The notes: a model not told the origin generated them from the sequence alone. Shown: positions 52,101 to 63,198, numbered from the stretch's first letter. The stretch: DNA of 64,000 nt from Trueperaceae bacterium (GCA_965215565.1 CBDCDZ010000004.1:2784001-2848000); one strand, 5' to 3'. A program made the numbers and translations.

Positions 52101-53294
52101 CTACACCTCTTGTTCTTGCGGTTCGCTCTGCACGTTCTCGTCTTGTGGGTAGTTCACGCGCCCGGTAATCAGCAAATCTTGCTCGATAAAGTCCGTCGCG
52201 ACGTCGCTCAGCGTGATGGCCTCGTCCATCTCGGTAACGCCGAGACCGCTCAGCGGGCTCGCGCCGCCCCCGCCTAAGAGCTTGGGACCGATAAAGGTAG
52301 CGATCTTATCCACCGCGCGCTGCTCAAAAAAGGACCAGGCAAGGGTGCCGCCGCCCTCGAGCAACAAACTCGCTATCTCTAGGTCGTACAGTTTGGTTAG
52401 CGCCGCGCGAACATCGGTGCGTCCGCGCGTTTCGCCCAGCGTGAACACCTGTGCGCCCTTCTCCTCCAACGCCCTGACCCTCACGGTGGGCGCTTTTTCC
52501 GTCACGAAGAGGATGACCCTGGCGTCTTTTCCTTGCGGGTCTCTTTCAAATAGCTTGGCGTCTACGGGCGTACGTGCGACTGAGTCGAAGATGATTTTGG
52601 TGGGGGTTTGCCCCCCCTCGAGGCGAGAGGTGAGCAAGGGGTCATCGAGCAGCACGGTGTTGATGCCCACCGCCACCGCGTCCAACTCATCGCGCCACAC
52701 CTGAACTAAATCTCTCGCCGCTTGACCGGTAATCCAGCGTGAGCGTCCGGTGCGCGTGGCGATTTTGCCGTCTAAGGTCATAGCGGTTTTGTAGAGCACG
52801 AAGGGACGTCGGTTGCGCTGAACGGTCAAAAACACCTCGTTTTGTCTTTCGGCTTGACCTTGTAAAACGCCCGTGATGACCTCGATGCCCGCGTCTTGCA
52901 GCGCCTTGACGCCGTCCACCTTGGGGTTAGGGTCTACCGCACCGATGACGACGCGGCGCACCTTTGCCGCGATAAGCGCGTTGGTACAGGGCGGAGTGCG
53001 ACCAAAGTGGCTGCAGGGCTCGAGCGTCACATAGACCGTCGCCCCTGCGGTCTCCTCTTGCGCGCCCTCAGCCTCTCTAAGCGCGTTGACCTCCGCGTGA
53101 GGTGCGCCCGCACGTTCGTGCCAGCCTCGCCCAACGACCTCATCGTCTTTGACGATGACGCAGCCCACGAGCGGATTAGGCGAGGTGCGCCCGCGCCCCC
53201 TTTCAGCGAGTTCTAGCGCTTGCACCATGAACTGCTCGTGTAGGGCGAGGGGTTCGCCGCCGCCCGCGCTCACAATTCGCTCCAAGTTGGCATG
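52101..53294 (-). CDS. ribD: Riboflavin biosynthesis deaminase/reductase RibD
   Basis: TSPNPLVG, HAE, TLEPCSHFGRTPPC, TLDGKIA, LLEGG; start uncertain (53285-53309). Confidence 0.95.
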   Translation of the reverse strand, partial: HANLERIVSAGGGEPLALHEQFMVQALELAERGRGRTSPNPLVGCVIVKDDEVVGRGWHERAGAPHAEVNALREAEGAQEETAGATVYVTLEPCSHFGRTPPCTNALIAAKVRRVVIGAVDPNPKVDGVKALQDAGIEVITGVLQGQAERQNEVFLTVQRNRRPFVLYKTAMTLDGKIATRTGRSRWITGQAARDLVQVWRDELDAVAVGINTVLLDDPLLTSRLEGGQTPTKIIFDSVARTPVDAKLFERDPQGKDARVILFVTEKAPTVRVRALEEKGAQVFTLGETRGRTDVRAALTKLYDLEIASLLLEGGGTLAWSFFEQRAVDKIATFIGPKLLGGGGASPLSGLGVTEMDEAITLSDVATDFIEQDLLITGRVNYPQDENVQSEPQEQEV

Positions 53295-53435
53295 TGAATC
53301 AACCTCATAGTGTTAGAGCCGGGCACCAGTGCGCCGAGCCGTACCTCCCTGTGCAGTATACGGTCTTGGGCTGCAGCGCAACTTGTGGCGCACCTTCAGT
53401 CTAGGGCGAATGCACTACCTCTAATTTCATAGGTT

Positions 53436-53846
53436 TAGCACTTCCAAAACATACTGAGACAGAGTGTCGCTTCTCCCGGAGGTGCGCAAAGCCTCCGTCA
53501 GGAAGGGCTAGGCAAACGGTTACGTAAGTTTCCCGTAGGGAAAGTTTTGGCAATGCCAAAGGTCTCAGACGAAGAACTGTTCCGCTAGGTTTCGCCTGAG
53601 AGCGGAGTTTCACCTCACAGCGTGCGTGCTAATTTCTGAAAGCTGCGCAGCAGTCTGAAAGCCCGCAGGGACGAAGTTTTCCGATTACGTAGTTTTTGCG
53701 CAGCAAAAGGAAACAGTGTTTCTACAGTGAGGGCGTCTCTTCGCCTAGCGGCTAGCGGGAGCATATGCGACAGCGGTCCACGCGACTTAACTTTGTTCAC
53801 TCAAACCAGCTCCGAACGTTAGTGAGGCAGGCTTTGATACCTGTTA
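53436..53846 (+). mobile_element. MITE-like dispersed repeat, copy D, expanded by hairpin insertions
   Basis: Family blocks TAGCACTTCCAAAACATACTGAGAC, CGTGCGTGCT, TTTCTACAGTGAG, GTTCACTCAAACCAG, TGATACCTGTTA in order, separated by palindrome-rich inserts. Confidence 0.7.
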
Positions 53847-53987
53847 ATTGATCCGTACCACAGGTGAAGATGGAAGAGAGAAAAGGGTGGCGTCCGAGTC
53901 CGCGGCTAAACCCCTACACACTATTCGAGTGAAAAGCTTCGCCGCGCCTTGATAGACCGCGTTGTTACGCTCGAGTGGGAGGACTAG

Positions 53988-54497
53988 ATGATCAGATTAC
54001 TTTTGGCTTCAGCATTGCTTTTCACTTTAGCCGCTTGCGCACCAGGAATGGAAGGGAGCAGTGCCTCGAGCGCGTTCGACGTGAGGGCGGGGCCTATCGT
54101 GGTCTCTGACGCGGGCAGCTACTACGCTTCTTACCAAGTCGTGCCACAGGTATTTGGGCTCGACCCGGACGATTTTGCCACGGCGGTCGTGAGAAACCCG
54201 AGGAAGGGCAAAAAGACCTCAGCAAACATTACAAACCGCTTTAGCGTTACGAGCGCTTCGGTGCCGGAAGATTGGGAGGTTGCCCTCAACTCGGCGAGGT
54301 TGGTGAAAGAGGTCTCGGATGTGGGCAGCCGCTCGGTAAGCTACTACTACTGGCTCAATCTCACCTTCAAGATCAGTGTACCCGAAGACGTGGACCGCGG
54401 TATTCGGCGTTCGGCAGTGTCCGTTGAAGCGAAAGGGGGAGAGCAAAGGACGATTCCCCTCGACTTCCTCGTTCAGGAGGTCCAAGCTACCCGCTAG
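53988..54497 (+). CDS. Hypothetical lipoprotein
   Basis: GGAGG SD, lipobox LAAC. Confidence 0.75.
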   Translation: MIRLLLASALLFTLAACAPGMEGSSASSAFDVRAGPIVVSDAGSYYASYQVVPQVFGLDPDDFATAVVRNPRKGKKTSANITNRFSVTSASVPEDWEVALNSARLVKEVSDVGSRSVSYYYWLNLTFKISVPEDVDRGIRRSAVSVEAKGGEQRTIPLDFLVQEVQATR

Positions 54498-54511
54498 AGG
54501 GTTGTTTTAGT

Positions 54512-54552
54512 AGATAAAAATAGAGGAGATACGCTCTCCTCTATTTTTATCT
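54512..54552. terminator. Hairpin between convergent genes
   Basis: Perfect 18-bp stem AGATAAAAATAGAGGAGA-TACGC-TCTCCTCTATTTTTATCT. Confidence 0.65.
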
Positions 54553-55926
54553 TTACGAGCTGGACAGTTCCGCCTCTTTCGTCCGCCGCTGCGCCATGTA
54601 GGTATCCGAGACGAGCTTTTCGGTGCGGTCCGCGATCTCGGCAGGTGAGGGCTGCATGTCGGTGATGAGGCGCGCGTGGCGGTCGAAGGTGAGGTAGCCG
54701 TACGCCCAGTTCATAAAGGCGTTGACGCGGTTCTGATAGCCGGGCAGGTAGACGAGGTGTAAGAGAAGCCAGGAGAGCCATCCCATGAAGCCCCGAAAGC
54801 TGAAGCCGCCGAACTCCTCAGACAACTCCGCGACGCCTGCGTTGCGCCCGATGATCGCCATGATGCCTTTGTCGAAGTAGCTAAACGCCTCAGTTTCTCG
54901 CGCTTCGAGGTGCTGCTGAATTTGCTTCGCGGCGTGCTTGCCGCCCTGAATGGCGACTTGCGCGACCTGCGGGTGCATGTTGCCCTCTTCGTCTTTGCTG
55001 CCCGCAGAGTCGCCGATGACAAAGGCGTAAGGATGACCCGGAACGCTCAAATCTTGCTCGACTTTGACGCGGTAGCCGCGCTCGAGTTCCACGTCCATCG
55101 CCTCGACGACGGGGCTCGCGCGAATGCCCGCCGCCCACAAGAGCGTCTGCGTCGGGATGACTTCGCCGCTGTCGAGTTCGACCTCGTCCTCGCGCACCTC
55201 AGAAACGGCGGTGCCTAAGCGAATATCTACGCCGCGCCGCCGCAGCACCCGCTCGGTGTATTCCTGCGACGCCTCCTCGAAGGGACCGAGCAGCGCGTCC
55301 ATCATCTCAATTAAAACGATGCGGGCTCTCGAGACGTCGAGGTCAGGAAAATCTTTAGGCAACACGCGGTCGAACAGCTCCGAGAGCGCGCCCGCCATTT
55401 CCACGCCGGTTGGACCGCCGCCAACTAAGACGAAATTGAGGATGCCCTCGTCGATCAGGCTCGGGTCCGCGTTGGCGCGCTCGAACTGGCGCAGCACGTG
55501 CGAGCGGATGTTGACCGCTTCGGTCAAGCTCTTGAGCATGAGCCCGTGCTTTTTAACGCCGGGGATGCCGAAGTCGTTGTAGACCGCACCCGTCGCCACG
55601 ATGAGGTAGTCGAACGCCACGCTCTCGTCGTCGGCTAGACTAACCTCTTTTTCGTCCCAATTGACGCCGTTGACCGTGCCCTGGCGGAAGCGGAAGTTCT
55701 TCTGGTGGCGAAAGATGGCGCGGACGGTATGCGCAACCTCGTCGGGTTCTAAACCCGCTGTAGCGACTTGGTAGATAAGAGGTTGGAAGGTGTGGTAGTT
55801 GTTCTGATCGATCATCAGGACTTCTACGGGCGCTCTGCGCAGGGCTTTAGCGGCGTAGAGCCCGCCGAACCCTGCCCCGACGATGACTACGCGCGGCTGC
55901 CGACCTGTTGTGAATTCATGGGTCAC
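54553..55926 (-). CDS. ndh: Type II NADH dehydrogenase family FAD oxidoreductase
   Basis: GAGFGG, FQPLIYQVATA, GGGPTGVE, IGD, AQVAIQ; GTG 55926 with GAGGAGG SD. Confidence 0.88.
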   Translation of the reverse strand: MTHEFTTGRQPRVVIVGAGFGGLYAAKALRRAPVEVLMIDQNNYHTFQPLIYQVATAGLEPDEVAHTVRAIFRHQKNFRFRQGTVNGVNWDEKEVSLADDESVAFDYLIVATGAVYNDFGIPGVKKHGLMLKSLTEAVNIRSHVLRQFERANADPSLIDEGILNFVLVGGGPTGVEMAGALSELFDRVLPKDFPDLDVSRARIVLIEMMDALLGPFEEASQEYTERVLRRRGVDIRLGTAVSEVREDEVELDSGEVIPTQTLLWAAGIRASPVVEAMDVELERGYRVKVEQDLSVPGHPYAFVIGDSAGSKDEEGNMHPQVAQVAIQGGKHAAKQIQQHLEARETEAFSYFDKGIMAIIGRNAGVAELSEEFGGFSFRGFMGWLSWLLLHLVYLPGYQNRVNAFMNWAYGYLTFDRHARLITDMQPSPAEIADRTEKLVSDTYMAQRRTKEAELSSS

Positions 55927-56003
55927 GCTTAAACCTCCTCTGGTGATGTTGCGCGGTGACGCTACCTCTCGTAACGCCGTGGAACGAAGCTTCAGTACAA
56001 GTA

Positions 56004-56135
56004 TAGCAATCAACATAAGTACTGATTGGAATAGCGCAAATATCATTCTCAAATGTGCGTGCTGCACGGTGTTCTACATCGTGAGAGCGTTGCTCCGCAA
56101 AACTTACGTACACTCAAACCAAATGATACTTGCTA
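56004..56135 (+). mobile_element. MITE-like dispersed repeat, copy E, flanked by TA
   Basis: TA|TAGCAA...GTGCGTGCT...GTGAGAGCGTTGCT...CACTCAAACCAAATGATACTTGCTA|TA. Confidence 0.72.
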
Positions 56136-56310
56136 TATAACGTGCAACGTGTCGTCACTATTCGTAACAGGGTCTCGGATCACTGAGAGGCTCGAGCCTT
56201 ATGTGCGAAGCGCCAAAGTGCTACCCCGCTCTTCAGCATTCTCGCTACCCAACATAACGTCTAAATGCGCCTGGATTTGTATGCGGTTGCGCCAACGTCG
56301 GACTTCGGCG

Positions 56311-57159
56311 CTAGCCTTCTTGCACCATTTTGAGCGCGATGGTGCGACCTGTCGGCGTATCTGCAATTCCGCCTTCGCCCGTCTCGCGCAGTTCCGGCGG
56401 CAGGCTCCGCCCGACGGACGCCATCGCCGAGACTACCTCATCGGGCGGGATGAAGGACTCCAGACCCGCCAGCGCGAGCTGCGCCGATGAGACCGCGTGG
56501 ACGCTAAAAAAAGCGTTGCGGCTCACGCAGGGCACCTCGACGTAGCCGCCTACCGGGTCACAGACTAAGCCGATGGTGTTCATGAGCGCCATCGCCGCCG
56601 CGTGAACGCTCCTGCGCGCGTCGCCCCCCAAAAGCTCGCAGACCGCCGCCGCCGCCATCGCCGCCGAGGAGCCTATCTCCGCCTGACACCCGCCTGTCGA
56701 ACCGGCGATGAACATCTGCTGTGAGATGATCTCGCCGACGCCCGCCGCGAGCGCGACGGGACGCAGAAGTTGCTCGTCCTCCAAGCCTAGATGGTCCGCC
56801 ACGCCTAAGAGCGCACCGGGCAAGGTGCCCGCGCTGCCCGCCGTGGGCGCGGCGACAATGCGCCCCATACGGGCGTTTTCTTCGTTCACCGCCATCGCGT
56901 AAGCTTGCACGCGCTTGAGGAGCGGGGCGTTGAGTTTGTCGTCTGCGTCATGAAGCGTTTTGGCGTTCCACCCGACCATCCCGGTGCGGCTCTTTTTGTC
57001 TGAAGCCAGTCCTCTTCGCACTGAGTCGCGCATTTCCTTAACTCGAGACCGTAGCGCCCCTAGAAATTCCTCCTGAGCCGCATCATCGCCTTCAAAGGAG
57101 TCCACGAGGACCGCGTCGGAGGCTAGCCCCTCGACTTCAGAAAGCTCGGTTAAGTTCAC
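56311..57159 (-). CDS. sdaAA: L-serine dehydratase, Fe-S dependent, alpha subunit
   Basis: [43 protein letters not shown]. Confidence 0.95.
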   Translation of the reverse strand: MNLTELSEVEGLASDAVLVDSFEGDDAAQEEFLGALRSRVKEMRDSVRRGLASDKKSRTGMVGWNAKTLHDADDKLNAPLLKRVQAYAMAVNEENARMGRIVAAPTAGSAGTLPGALLGVADHLGLEDEQLLRPVALAAGVGEIISQQMFIAGSTGGCQAEIGSSAAMAAAAVCELLGGDARRSVHAAAMALMNTIGLVCDPVGGYVEVPCVSRNAFFSVHAVSSAQLALAGLESFIPPDEVVSAMASVGRSLPPELRETGEGGIADTPTGRTIALKMVQEG

Positions 57160-57162
57160 GCC

Positions 57163-57855
57163 TCACCCCGCATCTCGCCCTGTCACTTCCTGACCTCGCA
57201 TCACCTCGGGTAAAAAGCGCAGCCAGTGGATGTAGGGCACGTGGGTCAGGTAATCCAGCACGTATTGGGAGAGCGCACGGTCTACCTCGACGGACATCAT
57301 AGCGAAGCCGCCGCGCTTGCGCCGCGCGCAGTGCAGCGTGGCGATGTTGACCTCGTCGTCGGCGATGACCCGCGCCACGCGCGCGATCACGCCGGGTTTG
57401 TCCTCGTGTTCTAAGAGGAGCGTGTGGTGTGCGCCCGAAAAATTGACGTCGAAGCCGTTCACCTTGAGGATGCGTACCAGACCGCCCCCTAGACTCGAGC
57501 CCATCACTTGGACCTCTTCGCCAGAGTTCGAGAGTCGGATGCTGACGGTGTTCGGATGCACGTCGCCCAAATCTTTGGTTGCAAAGATAATCTCTAAGCC
57601 CTGCGCCTGAGCAAGGTCTAAAGCGTTTTGAATCCGCGCGTCGTCGGGGTAGTAACCCATCAGGCCCGCCGCTAGCGCGAGGTCCGTGCCGTGCCCCTTG
57701 GCGGTTTTGGCAAAGGAACCGTGCAGCGTGAGCGTCGCCGTTTCAGGTTCACGGATAAGGGTGTGCCGTGCTAAAAGGGCGAGGCGACACGCCCCCGCAG
57801 TGTGGCTGCTCGAGGGCCCTACCATCACCGGACCGATCACATCTAGTAGGCTCAT
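57163..57855 (-). CDS. sdaAB: L-serine dehydratase beta subunit with ACT domain
   Basis: GPVMVGPSSSHTAG, GSFAKT..GHGTD, HPNT, DKPGVIA. Confidence 0.95.
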   Translation of the reverse strand: MSLLDVIGPVMVGPSSSHTAGACRLALLARHTLIREPETATLTLHGSFAKTAKGHGTDLALAAGLMGYYPDDARIQNALDLAQAQGLEIIFATKDLGDVHPNTVSIRLSNSGEEVQVMGSSLGGGLVRILKVNGFDVNFSGAHHTLLLEHEDKPGVIARVARVIADDEVNIATLHCARRKRGGFAMMSVEVDRALSQYVLDYLTHVPYIHWLRFLPEVMRGQEVTGRDAG

Positions 57856-57867
57856 GCTGTCCTAAGT

Positions 57868-58137
57868 TTAGCGAGTGTGCTCCCTTTCGTTTCGCCCCGG
57901 TTTCATCACGAAGTACAAAACGATGGCGATGAGGGGGAAGACGAGCGCGCCTAGTCCCCACATGATTTTCTGTGGACGGGTCAGCGCGCCATTCTTCGAG
58001 GTCTGGTTCGCGATAAAGATAATGATCGCTGCCCACACCGCGATCGCGACGAGCAGAAGAAACACTTCGGTGCTCGTCGCCGGAAAGCTGAGCCCGACGG
58101 TGCCTAAAACAGTTGTGTGGCTGATGGCGTAAAACAT
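57868..58137 (-). CDS. Small membrane protein, PLDc_N-like
   Basis: QKIMW....VFPLIAIVLYF; start moved to ATG 58137 because the track start lies inside a repeat. Confidence 0.6.
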   Translation of the reverse strand: MFYAISHTTVLGTVGLSFPATSTEVFLLLVAIAVWAAIIIFIANQTSKNGALTRPQKIMWGLGALVFPLIAIVLYFVMKPGRNEREHTR

Positions 58138-58212
58138 AAGTATCCCCCAGTAAACTCGAGGATACAGAGGAAAATCAAGTTTTTCTGCCGTCAGCGTTGC
58201 AGTTATAAAAGC

Positions 58213-58265
58213 AGCAATGAGCAATGAGTTGAAAATCAAGGTCTTTTCGCTCATTGCTCGTTGCT
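58213..58265. repeat. Heptamer (CAATGAG) palindromic repeat, copy 2
   Basis: AGCAATGAGCAATGAGT...GCTCATTGCTCGTTGCT immediately after the hup stop. Confidence 0.65.
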
Positions 58266-58267
58266 TT

Positions 58268-58558
58268 TTATTTCACCGACTCCTTGAGCGATTTGCCGGG
58301 TTTGAACGCGGGGTATTTACTTGCTGGGATGTCAATTTTATCGGTGGTGCCGGGTTTGACGCCCGTGCGAGCGCGGCGTTCGCGCACCTCAAAGGTGCCG
58401 AAGCCCGTAAGTTGCACCTTGTACTCTTGGTCTAGATGGGTGCCAATCTGCTCGATCATCGCGTCCACAACGGACTTGACGTCCTTTTTCTTCATGCCTG
58501 TTTCGTCAGAGACTTTGTCCACGAGGTCAGCCTTGGACACGGTTTTCGCCTTCGCCAT
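58268..58558 (-). CDS. hup: DNA-binding protein HU
   Basis: VQLTGFGTFEVRERRARTG, PAFKPGKSLK. Confidence 0.95.
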   Translation of the reverse strand: MAKAKTVSKADLVDKVSDETGMKKKDVKSVVDAMIEQIGTHLDQEYKVQLTGFGTFEVRERRARTGVKPGTTDKIDIPASKYPAFKPGKSLKESVK

Positions 58559-59028
58559 CGTTGTTCCCTCCTTGAATTGTGACTTGGGGCGTACTTTAGC
58601 ACGAGAAATCGCAAGAAAGCAAGTCCCTCACGGGGCATACGAGTTTGGCGCGTCAGGGACGAGCTTTCTGGCACCTCTTCGCCCGAGCGCACCCTAAGTA
58701 AATGTAATAAACGCTGTCCTAGACGCAACTTTAGAGCAAGGTCAGGAAAATGTCAAGAGGTGTTAGTTGCACTGGCTCGAGCGGTGTAACTGTACGGTTC
58801 TATGTTGAGCGGATGCGTCACTATAGTCTGAACTGACCGATTAGGCGTTTACTCGAGCTACAGTCCTTACCTACAATTCGAGGGGGTGGCTCCCTCTGGA
58901 ATGCTTAGGGAATATGAAAGAAGTTGCAGACAAGAAAGAGGTTGTGGTCCCTATTTATTAGCGGGATTTGGATTCCACTTACGAGGTGCGTCGTTCGACC
59001 CTCGCCCACTACCCGATTCGGTTGCTCG

Positions 59029-59676
59029 TCAGCCTGACTCTTCCGCACCTTCAGGCAACAGCGCGTCGATACGCGCCATAAGTTCTTGGGTCAGCACGCT
59101 CATCTCTTCTCTCGAGCGTCCCTGGGGTGCGATAGGTTCACCGAAGGAGACGCGAAAGTTGCGCCCTTCGCGCCAGATAGCAGCGGGTAGAAGCGGCACG
59201 TTCGCGCGTTGTGCCAAAAACGCTGCGCCGCCATGCGCGTCCTTGTTGGCGGCTTTGCGTGTTCCCTGCGGGAAGATGCCCACCGCCAGCCCCTCTTTGA
59301 GGTAGCGCAGCGCCTCTTTGATCGCCCGCATGTCGCTCCGACTCCGGTCTACCGGAAACGCCATCAGATGCTCCGCCAGCCAGCGCATCGGCTGCGACTC
59401 GAACAGCTCTTTCTTCGCCATGAAGTGGACTTCACGCCGCGCGACGGAGCCGATCATGGGCGGATCAAAGGTGGAGAAGTGGTTGCTCGCGATGACCAGG
59501 CCGGGCTTTAAGGGAACGTTTTCGGCGCCGTAAACTTTAAGCCCTAAAAAGAGCCGCGCGTAGTTGCGCACAGCAAAGGCGGCGAAGTAGTAAAACCAGT
59601 GCGTGCGCAGGCGCGCAGGTGAGGTGAGGATGTCGTTTCGAGTCTCCCGCACGTCTCGTCGCGTGTTCGCCTTCAC
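59029..59676 (-). CDS. plsC: 1-acyl-sn-glycerol-3-phosphate acyltransferase
   Basis: NHFSTFD, FMAKKEL, FPVDR, IFPQGTR; GTGA overlap with upstream gene. Confidence 0.88.
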   Translation of the reverse strand: MKANTRRDVRETRNDILTSPARLRTHWFYYFAAFAVRNYARLFLGLKVYGAENVPLKPGLVIASNHFSTFDPPMIGSVARREVHFMAKKELFESQPMRWLAEHLMAFPVDRSRSDMRAIKEALRYLKEGLAVGIFPQGTRKAANKDAHGGAAFLAQRANVPLLPAAIWREGRNFRVSFGEPIAPQGRSREEMSVLTQELMARIDALLPEGAEESG

Positions 59677-60158
59677 CGCTTGCTCCGCTGCCTGTCCAGA
59701 TAAAGTGCGCCCAAAACGCCTACTAAAGCGGTGAGCCCGTGAACGCTCAACCATACAGTGGGCGTGGGGTCCCAGGGAAGGTCAACGGAGAAGAGCCGCC
59801 GCTGCGAGAGCTGCCATACGATCACCTGCGGGATAACGTAGAGCGCCGGCGAGATGACTACGGCGGCGTAGCGCCAGGAGAACTCCAAACCCAGCATGGC
59901 TAAAAGGCTCGAGCTTAGCACGATGGGCAACATAACGAGCCACGCCGTCGTGCCGCTGATGAGCCCGATCGCCGGGGTGAGCAGCGCGGTGGCGTAGGCG
60001 AAGGGCATCCCGGCGAACGCGAACGCTGCGTACGAAGCGAGCAAGATACCCAAACTCCGGTAGAGGATGGGGATGGGTGCGACCGCGCAAACTGCCGCCA
60101 ACAAAAACAGGAAGACGCCGACGAAAAAGATGCGAGCGGGCGGTGCGGTGCGTGTCAT
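59673..60158 (-). CDS. Hypothetical integral membrane protein
   Basis: 161 aa, almost entirely hydrophobic; coupled to plsC. Confidence 0.75.
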   Translation of the reverse strand: MTRTAPPARIFFVGVFLFLLAAVCAVAPIPILYRSLGILLASYAAFAFAGMPFAYATALLTPAIGLISGTTAWLVMLPIVLSSSLLAMLGLEFSWRYAAVVISPALYVIPQVIVWQLSQRRLFSVDLPWDPTPTVWLSVHGLTALVGVLGALYLDRQRSKR

Positions 60159-60171
60159 AAGGTGCAGAGTA

Positions 60172-60310
60172 TAGCAAGTATCGAAGTCAGTCTCCCGCTG
60201 GTCGGCGCGACCCGGCTTTCGCGAAGCGAAAAGTGGTTGGGGTCAGCCTGAGAGGAGACCCTATTTGGCGTATCCGCGAACCTCAGCAAGCGTGTCCTCA
60301 TAGCACTATC
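60172..60310 (-). mobile_element. Possible degenerate MITE-like copy F
   Basis: TATAGCAAGTATC is the exact reverse complement of the copy E end; interior only weakly alignable and hairpin-rich. Confidence 0.35.
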
Positions 60311-60324
60311 TGCAACGGCGCAGA

Positions 60325-63198
60325 TCACGCCGGCGTGAGTTCCTTCAATCTGTCTGCAATCGCTGGGATGCCGCGCAAATATGAACCCGTCGAGGAGGTC
60401 TCGTGCGCCGCCACCGTCTCCGGCGTTCCCGCCGCAACCACCATGCCGCCGCGCACGCCGCCGTCCGGTCCCAGGTCCACGATCCAGTCCGAAGTTTTGA
60501 TCACGTCCATGTTGTGTTCGATCACGACGAGCGTGTTGCCGCCGTCCACTAAACGGTGCAGCACGCCCAAAAGCTTCGACACGTCCTCGAAGTGAAGCCC
60601 TGTGGTGGGCTCGTCTAAAATGTAGAGCGTCTTGCCCGTCGAACGCTTGCCGAGTTCCGAGGCGAGCTTCACGCGCTGCGCTTCGCCGCCCGAGAGCGTC
60701 GGGGAGGGCTGCCCGATCTTGATGTAGCCGAGCCCGACATCTTGCATGAGCTGGAGCTTGCGGGCGATGTTCGGAATGTTTTCGAAAAACTCCGCGCCCT
60801 CGTCCACCGTCATCGCGAGCACGTCCGAGATGGACTTGCCGCGAATCTTGACCTCCAAGGTCTCGCGGTTGTAACGTGCACCTTTACAGACCTCGCAGGG
60901 CACGTAGATGTCGGGTAGGAAATACATCTCGACTTTGACGGTGCCGTCGCCTTTGCACGCCTCGCAGCGTCCCCCTTTGACGTTGAAGGAGAAGCGCCCC
61001 GGCTTATAGCCGCGCTTACGCGCTTCGGGTGCGCGGGTGTAGAGGTCGCGGATGTCCGTGAAGATGCCTGTATAGGTCGCGGGGTTGCTTCTAGGCGTGC
61101 GCCCGATGGGGCTCTGGTCGATCTCGATGACCTTGTCCACGTGCTCGGTGCCCTGAATGTTCCTATGCGCGCCCGGTGTCTCTTTCGCGCGGTAGAGCTG
61201 CTTGGCGAGCGAAGCGTGGAGGATGCGGTGGACGAGTGTAGATTTACCCGAGCCAGACGCGCCCGTGATGCAGGTGAGCGTGCCCAGAGGAATCTCCACG
61301 TCCACGTCTTGCAAGTTGTGCTCGGTCGCGCCGACGATTTTGAGCGATTTGCCGTTGCCGTTTCTGCGCGACTCGGGTACGTCGATTTTACGCTCGCCGC
61401 GCAGGTACGCCGCCGTCAGCGAGTTCTTGTCCTTCATGAGTTTGTCGGGCGTGTTCGACGCGACGACGTGGCCGCCGTGAACGCCCGCGCCCGGTCCCAA
61501 GTCCACGATGTAGTCCGAGGCGCGCATCGTCTCTTCGTCGTGCTCGACGACGATGAGCGTGTTGCCTAAGTCGCGCAGCGAGAGGAGCGTTTTGAGGAGC
61601 CTCGAGTTATCCCGAGGGTGCAACCCAATCGAAGGCTCGTCCAGCACGTAGAGCACGCCCGTCAAGCCGCTACCAACTTGCGTCGCCAGACGGATGCGCT
61701 GCGCCTCGCCGCCCGAGAGCGTGTTCGCGCTCCGGTCCAACGTGAGGTAGTCCAAGCCGACGTTCTCCAGAAAGCCCAAACGAGAGCCCACTTCGCGCAT
61801 GATGGGCGCGGCGATGGCTCCGCCCGGACCCTCTAAGTCCAATGTCCTGAAGAAGTCGCCAGCCTCCAACACCGTCATCCCCGACAAATCCGCGACGTTT
61901 TTGCCCGCCACCGTCACCGCCAAGACCTCCGGCTTATAGCGTGTGCCGCCGCATTTAGGACAAGGCACCAGCGACATGAACGCCTCGATCTTTTCCCGTG
62001 CGTAATCCGAGGTGGACTCTTTGTAACGGCGCTCGAGGTTCGGGATGACCCCCTCGAACTCTGCGTTAAAGCGCATCGTCTCCTTACCGCCGCGCTTATA
62101 GACGACTTCGATAGCGTCATCGGAGCCGTTCAGAACTGTTTTCTGCGCCTTTTTGGGCAAATCTTCCCAGGGCGTCGTGAGGTCGAAATTCATGTGCTCC
62201 GAGAGCGCCTTGAGGCGGTCCCAGTAGAAGACCTTGCCGTCGTTCTTGCCCTGACTCCAGGCGGCGATGGCACCTTTGCCGATCGAGAGGGTTTCGTTGG
62301 GGACGATGAGTTTAGGGTCGAATTCCTGCTTGAAGCCCAAGCCTGTGCAGTGCCCGCACGCGCCGTAAGGACTATTGAAGGAGAAGGCGCGGGGCTCGAG
62401 TTCTTCTAGCGCCGTGCCGTGCTCCGGGCAGGCGAAGCGTTCGCTGAAGAGTTCGTCACTACTTCCGTCAGGGCTCTTGTCGGGCAAAAAGACGCGCATC
62501 AGCCCTTCACCCTTTTGCAAGGCCAACTCGGCGGACTCCGCCATCCTCGAGCGGTCCTCAGCGCTTACCTTGATGCGGTCCACCACCACGTCAATATCGT
62601 GCTTCTCGTACTTCTCTAAGCTGAGCTTGAGCGCCTCATCCAGCGTCTGCACGTCGCCGTCCACGCGAACCCGCGCGAAGCCCTCTTTTTTAAGCCCCTC
62701 GAAGAGCTTCTTGTACTCACCCTTGCGTCCGCGCACAAGAGGTGCGAGGATGAGCGCCCGCTCGCCCTCGAAACGCTCCAGAAGCCTATCGACAATCTCT
62801 GTAGCGGACTGTTTCTCGATGGGGCGTCCGCAGACGGGGCAGTGCGGTTTGCCCGCTCTCGCGAAGAGGAGGCGCAAGTAGTCGTGAATCTCGGTGACGG
62901 TTCCCACCGTCGAGCGCGGGTTGTGACTCGTCGTTTTTTGGTCGATGCTGATGGCGGGCGATAAGCCCTCGATCGAGTCCACATCGGGTTTGTCCATCAG
63001 CCCTAAAAACTGCCGCGCATACGCCGATAAGCTCTCGACGTAGCGGCGCTGCCCTTCGGCGTAAATGGTGTCAAAGGCTAGGGTGGATTTGCCCGAGCCC
63101 GACACACCCGTAAAGACGATAAAGGCGTCTCGGGGAAGCTCGATATGAATATCTTTGAGATTGTGTTCTCTTGCGCCGCGAACGATGAGGTTTTGCAA
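60325..63198 (-). CDS. uvrA: Excinuclease ABC subunit A
   Basis: [17 protein letters not shown], two LSGGEAQR, zinc fingers, LDEPTTGLH. Confidence 0.98.
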   Translation of the reverse strand: MQNLIVRGAREHNLKDIHIELPRDAFIVFTGVSGSGKSTLAFDTIYAEGQRRYVESLSAYARQFLGLMDKPDVDSIEGLSPAISIDQKTTSHNPRSTVGTVTEIHDYLRLLFARAGKPHCPVCGRPIEKQSATEIVDRLLERFEGERALILAPLVRGRKGEYKKLFEGLKKEGFARVRVDGDVQTLDEALKLSLEKYEKHDIDVVVDRIKVSAEDRSRMAESAELALQKGEGLMRVFLPDKSPDGSSDELFSERFACPEHGTALEELEPRAFSFNSPYGACGHCTGLGFKQEFDPKLIVPNETLSIGKGAIAAWSQGKNDGKVFYWDRLKALSEHMNFDLTTPWEDLPKKAQKTVLNGSDDAIEVVYKRGGKETMRFNAEFEGVIPNLERRYKESTSDYAREKIEAFMSLVPCPKCGGTRYKPEVLAVTVAGKNVADLSGMTVLEAGDFFRTLDLEGPGGAIAAPIMREVGSRLGFLENVGLDYLTLDRSANTLSGGEAQRIRLATQVGSGLTGVLYVLDEPSIGLHPRDNSRLLKTLLSLRDLGNTLIVVEHDEETMRASDYIVDLGPGAGVHGGHVVASNTPDKLMKDKNSLTAAYLRGERKIDVPESRRNGNGKSLKIVGATEHNLQDVDVEIPLGTLTCITGASGSGKSTLVHRILHASLAKQLYRAKETPGAHRNIQGTEHVDKVIEIDQSPIGRTPRSNPATYTGIFTDIRDLYTRAPEARKRGYKPGRFSFNVKGGRCEACKGDGTVKVEMYFLPDIYVPCEVCKGARYNRETLEVKIRGKSISDVLAMTVDEGAEFFENIPNIARKLQLMQDVGLGYIKIGQPSPTLSGGEAQRVKLASELGKRSTGKTLYILDEPTTGLHFEDVSKLLGVLHRLVDGGNTLVVIEHNMDVIKTSDWIVDLGPDGGVRGGMVVAAGTPETVAAHETSSTGSYLRGIPAIADRLKELTPA

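Noticed and set aside
53650..53680. Hammerhead ribozyme (CTGAAAG-CCCGCAGGG-ACGAAG)
   Set aside because: Core deviates from CUGANGA and GAAA; stems I and III not identifiable.
53310..53850. FMN riboswitch upstream of ribD
   Set aside because: Conserved FMN aptamer motifs not found on either strand; the region is explained by the repeat family.
55927..56067. N-terminal extension of ndh in the ORF track
   Set aside because: Runs into MITE copy E; a strong SD precedes GTG 55926.
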